From Eledone cirrhosa (lineage: Eukaryota): a stretch of 64,000 nt of DNA. Positions within the stretch are counted from its first letter, which is position 1; every line of letters starts with the position of its first letter. A program made the position numbers and the translations under genes. Below the pieces are notes generated by a model. The model worked only from the letters and a program-made list of their open reading frames with translations. It was not told the origin of the DNA and made no database searches. Positions 1 through 12,236 of the stretch are shown one piece after another. Location: the NCBI GenBank assembly GCA_964016885.1, contig OZ024752.1:33418001-33482000 (forward strand), written 5' to 3'.

Positions 1-1039
1 AACCTTTGGACGGCTATAAATTAATTCATTGATTATGCTGGTGGTCAACAGAATTATGCAAAGGTAGTAAGGTGGCTTATAAAATGTTTAAAGGTTTTCT
101 TTTTGCAAGCTAGCATGGGTTGGCTAAAGATCTGTAATACAGCATTAAGTTTGATTGAACTATTTTATGATGAAAAGGTGTTTAACACATAGAAACCAAG
201 CCTAAAACAGTTTCCTGATCGGACAACTCATCTAACCCTCCCATGCTACTGTGATCTTAAGTTTTGTTCAAGCTATCCCTTACCCTACTTATTGATCATG
301 TCACATTATACAGCCAACTCCTTCCATTCCACCTCTAGTGACTGAAAGGCAGCATCCATCATTTTTTTAAGCTTCCCGAAGCCTAGCCCAAGCGTACTAC
401 TAGGAGTGGGCAACAAATACCATACTGTTTATGCAAGAACCTTTGCTTCAAACACCATATAACTAAGTCTTTTGAAAATAAGTTAATCATCGAATGACGC
501 TGAAACATAATTCATTCATGATCGTTTGGGTGAGGCATGGTCTCCCGACCATACGGAAGTGTTATTTATTAGATCTAGTTGGTATATAACATTACCTTTT
601 ATTCCTAATAATTTAAAAGGTGAGGTAAACAGGTTATAACTACATCGGAGTAGTAATGTTTTATATCACATACCAGTGATCTCTACCATCACTAAACTTG
701 GATTAAAAGTTTGCCAATCTAAAGAAGTGAAGGCATAGAAACTAAAAGATCTAGCTGTTCAGATTTCTACATCCATAAGAATACAAAATTAAATTTATTT
801 GTGATGATGTACTGACCACCTGAAAGTAAAAGATGAGCTATGGAGCAACACATGACATTGATACTACTAATCTTGGAAAGGCACGAACAGTAAAATACCC
901 TCCCAGCCCACAAATATACGATACTCTAGTGATTAGTCAAACAAATCTTCCTCTGAACTAATAATCCCATGTCTAAGAAATATATGCTGAAAGCAGAATG
1001 GCTTTATATTTCACTAGAAATATGGTAACAAAAGGATTA

Positions 1040-2911
1040 AATTAAAATCCAAAATTCATTTATCATGTGAATGATAATGTAAGATTTCAATACGGTAGTT
1101 AGTCTTGTTACATTCTATGTATCAAAGATAAAATTTAGTAAAATCTTTCATTTAAGTAATGTTTACAGTTCATTCTTGGCAGCCATAAAGTAAAAACAAT
1201 TGAACAAAAAAAAAAAAAAAAGTCAATATTTCTACAGTAAATTCTAAGAAGCAACAGGTTACTACTATTCAACTGTTAGGAGGTATACTAAAAATCTATA
1301 CTTGAGGACCAAGTGCAATATGTCTATTGTTTGTGTCAGCCATTTAAGACTACTAAGATGGAGATGAGGGGAAACTAAGAAGTGCTGTACAAGGTAACAT
1401 CCAAGTAGATCTGTGCTAACCCTTTAGCATTTAAACCGGCCCGAATTCTGTCACTAATGTTAAAATATTCTCAAAATTTCATAGATTCAATATTATGTGA
1501 GGTAAAGCCTTTACTCTATATTTTCATGGTAATGTAAGTGCTAAAGGATTAAGACAGATGATGGTAATGAGTGTCGAAAAATTAAGAACTATGACAGTAA
1601 AACCGTCTATAAGGTATTTTAAAAATCAGAAAAAGGATGTGGCTTGTTACATTTTCCTCTAAGACAGAGTTGTGAAATAATTGGTTTCACAGAACATACA
1701 CCAATTTTCAAATGTCCATCTTTTTTTTTGGGGGGGGGGGGGGGGGGTAAGAAAACGAAGAATGTTACTTTAATTGGATTAAATTTGTGTAAATAAGTTA
1801 AAAAAAAAAAAAAAAAAAAAAAAAGGTCTACGAGAATTAAGTATAACAAATGAAATTAAATTGATCATTCAAAAACAAACAAAAAATGTCCAAGAGGATT
1901 TAAAATATGACATGAAATGGTTGAAATTAAAGTGATCATTCAAAAAACAAACAAACGAAAAAAAAAAAAGGAAACATGTTTGAGCTTTGACAAACTTAAC
2001 CTTCCAAGAAATTTTATTTAAAAAGGGGGAGGGGATGAAAATACTCCATGGTTTGACAAAATATACAAGTCTGCAGTTAATTATGGAAAAATACAAGGAG
2101 TCATAACATCTGGTGAAATAGTTACAATTGAATATGGCACTATTGGGGATGAAAGTGTTGCTGTATTTAAGCAGCAGAATTGGGGGGTGGGGGGTAAATA
2201 AAATTAAGGGGAAGAAAAAAAAAATGAAATATAGCACAATGAGAAAAAAAAAAAAAAAAAAAATCAAACAATTTATTTCAAATTTCAGCAAAAGTATGAC
2301 AAAGGTGAGAAATGATATCGAAGTTCTGCTGCCTATCTTTGTCGTGTATATTTATATATATTGTAGATCCCACCCAAACTCCTACTTAGGTTTTTTTTTT
2401 CTTTTTTTTTTTTCTCAAAGTCTCCTCATCCAAGTTCACACTTGCTGAAAATTCCAAGTCCAAGATTAGACCTTGATAACAGGTCATTTTTTTAAACATA
2501 ACTGGGAAGTAAGAAGAATTAAATGTCAGCCAACTTCCCAGACCAGGCCAATGCTCTAGCTACATTGGAGATATTCACAGAAAGGAGTTCACAAGTGCCT
2601 TTAACCAGGCTTTTTGCACAAATGGTAATAATATATGCTAGATGATGATTGGATCCAGATGAGATATTCACAACAGAAAAGATACAGTGGCACTTAGGAG
2701 GTGGAAACAACTGACATATAACTGCCATCAACAGATTTTCACATTTCAGCAGTTTTATACAGGAAGATAAAAAGATGCTTTTTAAAATGAAGAGAAAAAA
2801 AATTTACAAAAAGAAAGGAAAAAAAAACAAAAAAAAAACTTTCATACAAAATTTTCAATAAGCATTTACAAAAGTCACAAATAGAAACCATTTTTAAAAT
2901 GTTATGGCAAG

Positions 2912-2944
<33 letters not shown>

Positions 2945-3687
2945 TTGTGTAAACTGGAATTTTTATAAGTTATAATCTAATCAAAAAAGAAATAACTATA
3001 AAAATTCCAGTAAGTCAAGAGAAGAAAAAAAAAATAAAAGTAAAGTAAACTCAGTCAGTAATGACCAAGTCAGAAATATTTATTGCTTTTAACCAGAACA
3101 TGGCCAAAAGTTAGTTTAGTAGTTCCAATGGAGAATTTTCAAGTATATTACAAAAACAAAAAAAATGGTGGGGGGTCAGGATAGAAACATTACAGTGGTA
3201 GCTGAAAGCATGGCCCAGTAGAAATACTATTATTTATCTCTCAAGAATTTATAAACTATGTTTTTACTACAAGAATAAAACATAAAATGGATTCACTGTA
3301 CAGAAGGAAAATTAACAAAAGACAATTAGTCTTAAAAAGAAAATTAGTGTTTTTTTTTTTTTTATAAGTCTATTAAAAATATTGATTATTTTTATAGTAC
3401 AAGATAAATGAAGAACGTTAAAATAAATTATCTATGTATATAAAAAAAAAAAGGAAGGAAAACAATTAAGATGTTAGTTGAAAAAGCCTGATTAAATATC
3501 AGAACAGTAATAGTTTGATCCAAGAATTTATCCAGTGTTAGTGGATGGTAACACCCCATACAGTTTTGAAGATTAGGTAAAGCCCAATCTTCTTTGAGAA
3601 AAATGTTGTTGGTGCAACATGGCCATGGACCTAAATTCTTTAATGTCTTTGGTGTTTTGGGGAGAAAGGGAGAGGGGCGTCTTGTTA
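1040..3687 (-). other. CNOT1: Probable CNOT1 3' UTR; 3' end not determined
   Basis: Follows the stop codon, has many long U tracts on the minus strand, and carries minus-strand AATAAA near 3080, 2275 and 2015. Confidence 0.45.
1418..1552. mobile_element. TTAA piggyBac-type MITE family 1, internally deleted copy
   Basis: CCCTTTAGCATTTAAACC...TGCTAAAGGATTAA. Confidence 0.7.
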
Positions 3688-3772
3688 TTAATGTACATCT
3701 GTTGCATCTTGTTCCCGAATATTGGGGGCCTGCTTGGGTTGAATACAAGATCGGGCTACAGACTCAAATAAT
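3688..3772 (-). CDS. CNOT1: CNOT1 last coding exon (stop TAA, followed by a second TAA)
   Basis: [27 protein letters not shown]. Confidence 0.93.
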
Positions 3773-4954
3773 CTGAAAAAGATATTTAAAAATAATTAAA
3801 ATTATACAGAGATCACATTACACACACACACAGAGATAAATAACTCTTATATACTCTAACAGATTTCTATGCATTGTAGTCTGGTGGTTGCTTAGGAAAC
3901 TAGGCAGAAATGAATGGTTTTTGAGGGCTATACAAGCCATGTAGAGAGATGTAGTCAGTAAGGTGAATTAGCAAGAAAGGTAACATACTGGAAGGAGTGT
4001 GCAAGTGTGGAACACATAAATGTTGAATGTGTGTGTGTTTATTATAAATTCATATCCGTACAAACTACAAAATTGTAACCAAAGCTACAAGAAATGTGCA
4101 TGTAAACACACATTCTTATAGAAAGCAACTTAATGAACATAGTGAAATAATTATATGTTTGGAACTTAGATATTAAACTAATCTTAGAATCGACAACAGG
4201 AACTATTATCAGCTAAATATAGAAAATCTCAAACAACTGGGGTGTTTAACAGACATGACTAAAATATTACTATTGATTCTAATTAAAATAATATAACAAC
4301 AAAATTATTTTAGCTGTTGTATTAATCACAGAATGTTTACCAAAAAACCATACTCAAAGAAAATAGATGAGAAAAGTTAGTTTTAAACAATAGATACACT
4401 TACTTTTCTATTTCAGGAGCACAACGCACAAATTCATGAGACCAGAACTTAAATTGGGGGTTTTTGATGAGCTCAATGAAGGTTATAAGCAGACCCCATG
4501 GATGAGGGCGGTTTACTATTAGTCTTTCAAGAAGAACCCTGCAATAAATTCAATTTAAAACAGTCTTAATAGTTGAAAATTGAGAACGTCATTTTAAAAT
4601 GATCTAACAAAACAACAAAAAGTACCCAGTTCAACCTGTCAGTTGCTAATTTTGGTGCCAGATAAAAAGCACCCAGTCCACCCTCTAAGGTGGTCATGCT
4701 GGTACCTTGATGAAAGAGCACCCAGTCCATCATGTAAGGTGGCCATGCTGGTACCTTGATGAAAGAGCACCCAGTCCACCCTCTAAGGTGGTCATGCTGG
4801 TACCTTGATGAAAGAGCACTCAGTCCACCCTCTAAGATGGTCATGCTGGTACCTTGATGAAAGAGCACCCAGTCCACCCTCTAAGGTGGTCATGCTGGTA
4901 CCTTGATGAAAGAGCACCCAGTCCACCCCGTCAGTTGCTTATTTTGGTGCTACG

Positions 4955-4985
<31 letters not shown>

Positions 4986-7900
4986 GCCCCTAGTCCACAC
5001 TAATGTGGTTGGTGTTATGGAAACCATAGAAACCAAGTCAAAATAAAATTGTTTCAATTGCAGACAACAAGCAGCTTGTAGTCAATTCGACATATTTCAT
5101 TCATATCGTCGATTAAAATAATTCTTTCTAATATAGGCACAAAGCCAGAAATTTGGGTACGGCTAGTTGATTAAATTGACCCAAGTACATGCCTGGTACT
5201 TTATCTTATTGACAGGAAGAATGAAAAGTAAACCTGACCATGTCTGGATATGAACTCAGATAAAAACCATACCTGGTTATTTGTTCTTGAATAGCTTCGG
5301 CATTGGCTTCAACAAAGAGATACAATAAAGTACAACTGAAATAGTGTGTATGACTGTTGGGGTAGCGTAGTTGGTTAGTTATGGCAGTGAGAAACAAGTA
5401 CCGCCCTTCGGTATCAAGATCAACAGCCAAGTTCTGGAAGATGTCCATGTGTGAAGTATGAGCAATTGTTCGCATGCTTGGTTTGTAACCAGTATTATGG
5501 ATATAATCTATAGCTTGTGTGCCAACGTAAAGCACGAGAGCGTTAATAAGAGAAATGTTGTACTTGGAACCAGGGTCAGTTGACTGAAAAAAAAGAAAAA
5601 AAAAAAAAAAAAAAAAAAGCTGAATTAGAAAATTTAAGAAACAAAAAGGAAAAAAAAAACAAAACAAATTCAATAAAACCCAATACATAAGTTATCCCAA
5701 ATCAAAGACAGCTTTGAAGAAAATTTGTATTGAAAACATCCAAGATGACAATAGGAATGACCATTTTCTTTTAAAATGCTATATAAAATTGTTGAGTAGA
5801 AAGAATCGCTGGACAGATTTTATGGACAAAACTGACCTGCAGTTGACCCAGGGGTCAAAATGGTTGGATAACATCCATGAGCTAAGCTGGTCACGCTGGG
5901 GATCCAGCTAGAACAACTGGACACAGCTGCTTTTGATAGAACCCACTAGAAGGAGTGTTTGAGAACTCTACCTCTATGACCCTCTCAGGAATTTACTACT
6001 ATTCCTTTTTATACCAATTAAAAAAATTATGGTTAATAAGTAAATATTAGCTCATTCTACAAAGATTGAAACGAAACATCAGAATATTTTCTTGGTACAC
6101 TAGAAAAAAAAACCTAAATGTAAAATTCCTGTCTTAATGAAAAAAATTAAAAAGTGACCTTTACAATAAAACTGAATAAACAGGATTGTTATACAGTAAC
6201 AAACTCTCGGGGAAAATAAACAGGATTGCTGTATGCTAACATACTCTCCGAAAAATAAACAGGATTGCTGTATGCTAACATACTCTCCGAAAAATAAACA
6301 GGATTGCTGTATGCTAACATACTCTCCGAAAAATAAACAGGATTGCTGTATGCTAACATACTCTCCGAAAAATAAACAGGATTGCTGTATGCTAACATAC
6401 TCTCCGAAAAATAGACAGGATTGCTGTATGCTAACATACTCTCCGAAAAATAGACAGGATTGCTGTATGCTAACAAACTCTCCGAAAAATAGGATTGCTT
6501 TACAGTAACAAACTCACCAAAATATAGACAGGATTGCTATACAGTAACAAACTCAGAGAAAAATTCCCCCCAGACATGATAAACTCATTCACATATACTG
6601 ATGGATATATTGTTATGTAATTCTTAAAACACTTTAAAACTCACATGGCAAGTTATGATTTGTTATAAGGGCCTTTAACCCTCTCAGATCAGGGCCCCTG
6701 TGTCTAATGTTACCCTCCACCTGGGCTCCTGAGCAAAGAAATAAATAGTTGCATACACAGCTCAAGAGTAATGATTGCAAGAAAAGTAATGGACAGAATC
6801 AACACAAGGCACAGTAAATGTGTCTACCCACCCTTCATCTAAATTTACATAATTTCCAAACCACCCCTATCAGTATCTGCTGTACGAGGGCCACACTGAA
6901 TTTGTTCACCCAAATCACTACTTTCCTCACCACTTTCACAAGTTTCATTGTCCAAATCACTCACTGTTTGCATAAGGGTAAACTTGGTGAAATTCTTGCT
7001 CACTTCAGTCCATAGAATATCAATAATTCCCTCTGTAAAGAGTGCAAACCTTGCTCATTTACCAGACGAAGTACTGGGTTCATCACACGCTCATTTTATT
7101 GCAAAAAGAAACTTGCTAAGGTAAGATTCTTTTGTTATCTTAGCAATTTTAATTTTCTTTCTAGTGCATTGTTTGGTTTTCAAAATTATCTAAATTTGTG
7201 TTTCCTATTCAACAATGCTTCGAACCAACTACAACACTGTTAAAACCAACAGTAAACAGCCATAGGGGACACCGTTAACAAGGAGTTATAAACACATGTA
7301 ACTACAAAGCAGCAATATGATCAGTTGTCTATTTTTAGTATTTCATCTTTTTCGACAGGTGTTGTTCATTACCGCTTTAATGGGAATCCTGTAGAGATTA
7401 CGTTTAGACTATTACCAGTATAGCGGGAACATTCCGGTATTATTAATGTCCCTTATACTGTGTGTTAAGAGAGGGGATCAATTAGCAATTAAGAGTAATT
7501 AACCATTTAGCATTTACATTACATATACTATTGTATTTTTGAGGTAAAAACTTTATGTCACATGATATTGAATCTATGAGATTTTGATATTTATTTTGAG
7601 AACAATACCTTAACATTGGTATGAGCGGCTGGTTACAACTGGTTTGAAGAGAAAGAGGTGAGAGAATTCTGGCTGGATATGGCCAGTTTAAATGCTTAAG
7701 GGTTAACAGACAGCACCCCCCAAACGTCATCTAGAGTTATAAATGAGACCTGACCATTATCAGGCAGGAAATTTCACATCTACAAAAAAAATTCAAAGAC
7801 TACCAAAACACACAACTGGTTATGCAACACAGAAAGGGAAAAAACATTAAAATATTATACAAAAGTGATGGGAGCAATTATAACGTAAATTTGTATAGAG

Positions 7901-10900
7901 CTTGCTTTTAATAATACAACAGTTGTATTGTTGTAGATATTGTTATATATATATATATATATATATATCATCGTTTTTACATCTGTTTCTTCACACTTGG
8001 GTTGTATGTGTGGCAAGTAAATTTATAGTTAAGGTTTTAGTTTTCAAAGTATTCAAATTTCATAATGCTCAAATATTTTATTATTTATTTTTATATTTCT
8101 TAATATTAATTTTGAAAAGAAAAAAATTTAGAAATCTCAACTGCAGAAAATCATCTTTAGAACATCTTGAAATCTTTTACTGAAATTAATAAAAGTGAAA
8201 AACATGCAGAGATAACACTGGAAAAGTATTTTTAGGGGTGAAGGAGAGGAAGACGAGGAAAATCCTGGTCAAACAATATCAAAAACTGGACTGATCACAG
8301 CATGACGGAGAATAATGACCAGTGGTGACAGCTGACTATAAAAGTGTCTAGAGTGGCACCCCAATGACTGGCTGTACCAGTGGCACATCTAAAGTGGCAC
8401 CTCAACAACTGGCAGTACCAGTGGCACACTAACGACTGGCTGTACCAGTGACACACTAACGACTGGCTGTACCAGTGGTACATCTAAAGTGACACCCCAA
8501 CAACTGGCTGTACGAGTGACACATCTAAACTGGCACCTCAACAACTGGCTGTACCAGTGGCACATCTAAAGTGGCACCTCAACAACTGGCTGTACCAGTG
8601 GCACCTCAACAACTGGCTGTACCAGTGACACACTAACGACTGGCTGTACCAGTGACACATCTAAACTGGCACCTCAACAACTGGCTGTACCAGTGGCACA
8701 TCTAAAGTGACACCCCAACAACTGGCTGTACCAGTGGCACATCTAAAGTGGCACCTCAACAACTGGCTGTACCAGTGACACATCTAAACTGGCACCTCAA
8801 CAACTGGCAGTACCAGTGACACCCCAACAACTGGCAGTACCAGTGACACACTAACGACTGGCTGTACCAGTGGTACATCTAAAGTGGCACCTCAACAACT
8901 GGCTGTACCAGTGGCACATCTAAAGTGGCACCTCAACAACTGGCTGTACCAGTGACACACTAACGACTGGCTGTACCAGTGACACACTAACGACTTGCTG
9001 TACCAGTGACACACTAACGACTGGCTGTACCAGTGACACATCTAAACTGGCACCTCAACAACTGGCTGTACCAGTGGCACATCTAAAGTGGCACCTCAAC
9101 AACTGACTGTACCAGTGGCACATCTAAAGTGGCACCTCAACAACTGGCTGTACCAGTGGCACATCTAAAGTGGCACCTCAACAACTGGCTGTACCAGTGG
9201 CACATCTAAAGTGGCACCTCAACAACTGGCTGTACCAGTGGCACATCTAAACTGGCACCTCAACAACTGGCTGTACCAGTGACACATCTAAACTGGCACC
9301 TCAACAACTGGCTGTACCAGTGGCACATCTAAAGTGGCACCTCAACAACTGGCTGTACCAGTGACACACTAACGACTTGCTGTACCAGTGACACACTAAC
9401 GACTGGCTGTACCAGTGGTACATCTGGAGTGACACCCCAACAACTGGCTGTACCAGTGGCACATCTGGAGCGACACCCCAACAACTGGCTGTACCAGTGG
9501 TACATCTGGAGTGACACCCCAACAACTGGCAGTACCAGTGGCACACTAACGACTGGCTGTACCAGTGGTACATCTGGAGTGACACCCCAACAACTGGCTG
9601 TACCAGTGGTACATCTAGAGTGACACCCCAACAACTGGCTGTACCAGTGGCACATCTGGAGTGACACCCCAACAACTGGCAGTACCAGTGGCACACTAAC
9701 GACTGGCTGTACCAGTGGCACATCTAGAGTGACACCCCAACAACTGGCTGTACCAGTGGCACCCCAATGACTGGCTGTATCAGTGCTTCATCTGGAGTGG
9801 CACCCCAACGACAGGCTGTACCAGATACAGGAATGTGATTGAATGACTATAAACAGAAGTCCCAGTCACAGTTGTTGGTGTTGATAAACAAAACTTTGTG
9901 TTTGAACCAAATATAATTAAGGAAAAAATAAAAAAATAAAAAAATAAAAACTTATGCAATACAATTTAGATTAAAGCTGTTATTTTTTAAAATCTAAAAG
10001 AATGAGAGAAAAAAGGGTAAGACTTACTTGTAAATTGCTCCTTAGGTCTGACAAAAAAGTAACAGGGGATCTTGTCTTTAAATAGGAATCAAGATCCTAG
10101 AGAAGAAAAAAATAATTACATGTCAATTAATTTTATACAATATTATTTCAAAACAAAAACAATTTTATTAAAATTGTAAGCACTGCTCTGAAATTGGAAT
10201 CTGCCTAATTTGAAACAATTGTAATTAATTTTTAAAAAAATCTTTAAAAATCTTTAAATAGATATAGAAAGAAAAATATGTAACTGACTTCACCTTTTTT
10301 AACCCTTTAGCATTTACATTACTACATATACTATTGTATTTTTGTGGTAAAGGCTTTCTTACATAATACTGAATCTATGAGATTGATATTTATTTTGAGA
10401 ATACCTTAACATCAGTATGAGTGGCAGTTACACCCGGTTTAAACAGAAAAAAAGTGAGAGAATTCTGGCCAGATATGGCCGGTTTAAATGCTAGAAGGTT
10501 AAATGATTTTGAAACAAGATTAATAAAATCTTTAAAAGTATATTTAAATACATATAGAAAGAAAAGTGAGTGAGTGACTATACCTTTTTAAATGTTTCTG
10601 GTTGAATCATATTAGCAAAGTTGGTGAGGATTCTTGGAGGTCTTCCAATATCAGGGAGTACATCAACCTTTAAATTTGGTGTGAAAGGATCTGGCATACG
10701 CATATTACGAGGGAAGGCACTCAGAATGAGATTTCTCATCTGTATGCAGTTGGGTGGAATAGCGTCACAGAATGCATAATGGTAATCACAGAGGAACTCT
10801 GGGAAGTCATGTAAGAGCACCAGCAAAGCCCTCAACATTCCCTGGAAGCAACAACCAAACCATATCTATGAGGTTAAAATTAACAAACATTCAAAATCCA

Positions 10901-11364
10901 CTGAATAACATTAACAAAAGGCAAATAGCTGGATTTGCAAGATTTGGGTAACTTCTAGAAAGTAGTGTCACAGTAAGAACAGTGAAACAAATCCAATATA
11001 TCCGGCTTGTAAAAAATATCGTTAATTCTATTCTAAAGATATTAGTGGCCAATAATTGAGTGCCAAAAAAATCTTGATAGTTAAGCAATAACTGTACAAT
11101 ACAATATTGCTAAGTAACTCCATCCCCTCACCAGCACAACCAAATAGTGGATATCATAAACAAACACGCACAACAATCAAATTAATTTTTAAATAAGCCA
11201 GTTCAGTGGAATGAACAGAAGATTAGACAATCAAGATATATATATATATATACAATACATATAATATAATATATATATACAATACATATAATATAATATA
11301 TATATACAATACATATAATATATATATACAATACATATAATATATATAATATAATATACAATTA

Positions 11365-11402
<38 letters not shown>

Positions 11403-12125
11403 ACATATAATATAATATAATATACAATACATATAATATAATATATATATATATACAGTATATATAATATATATATACAATACATATAATATAATATATA
11501 TAATATATATATATATTCAATACATATAATATAATATATATAATATATTCAATACATATAATATATATATATATATATATTCAATATATATAATATATAT
11601 ACAATATATATAATATATATATATATATATATACAATATATATAATATATATATATACAATATATATAATATATATATATACAATACATATATAATATAT
11701 ATATACAATACATATATAATATATATATACAATACATATATAAAATATATAATATATATATACAATACAATACATATAATATATAATATATATATACAAT
11801 ACAATACATATAATATATATATATATATACACAATACATATAATATATATATATATATACACAATACATATAATATATATATATATACACAATACATATA
11901 ATATATATATATATATATATACACAATACATATAATATATATATATATACACAATACATATAATATATATATATATACACAATACATATATATATATATA
12001 TATACAATACATATAATATATATATACAATACATATAATATATATATATATACAATACATATAATATATATATACAATACATATAATATATATATATATA
12101 CAATACATATAATATATATATACAA

Positions 12126-12156
<31 letters not shown>

Positions 12157-12205
12157 CAATACATATAATATATATATACAATACATATAATATATATATA
12201 TACAA

Positions 12206-12236
<31 letters not shown>

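Noticed and set aside
1-1000. Possible neighbouring gene exon
   Set aside because: No recognisable ORF or homology on either strand.
6189-6508. ORFs on both strands with 13-aa repeats
   Set aside because: A result of a 39-bp (multiple of 3) tandem repeat, with no splice or homology support.
8348-9825. CRISPR-like appearance (palindromic repeats at regular spacing)
   Set aside because: The intervening sequences are themselves repeated, there are no unique spacers or cas genes, and it lies in a eukaryotic intron.
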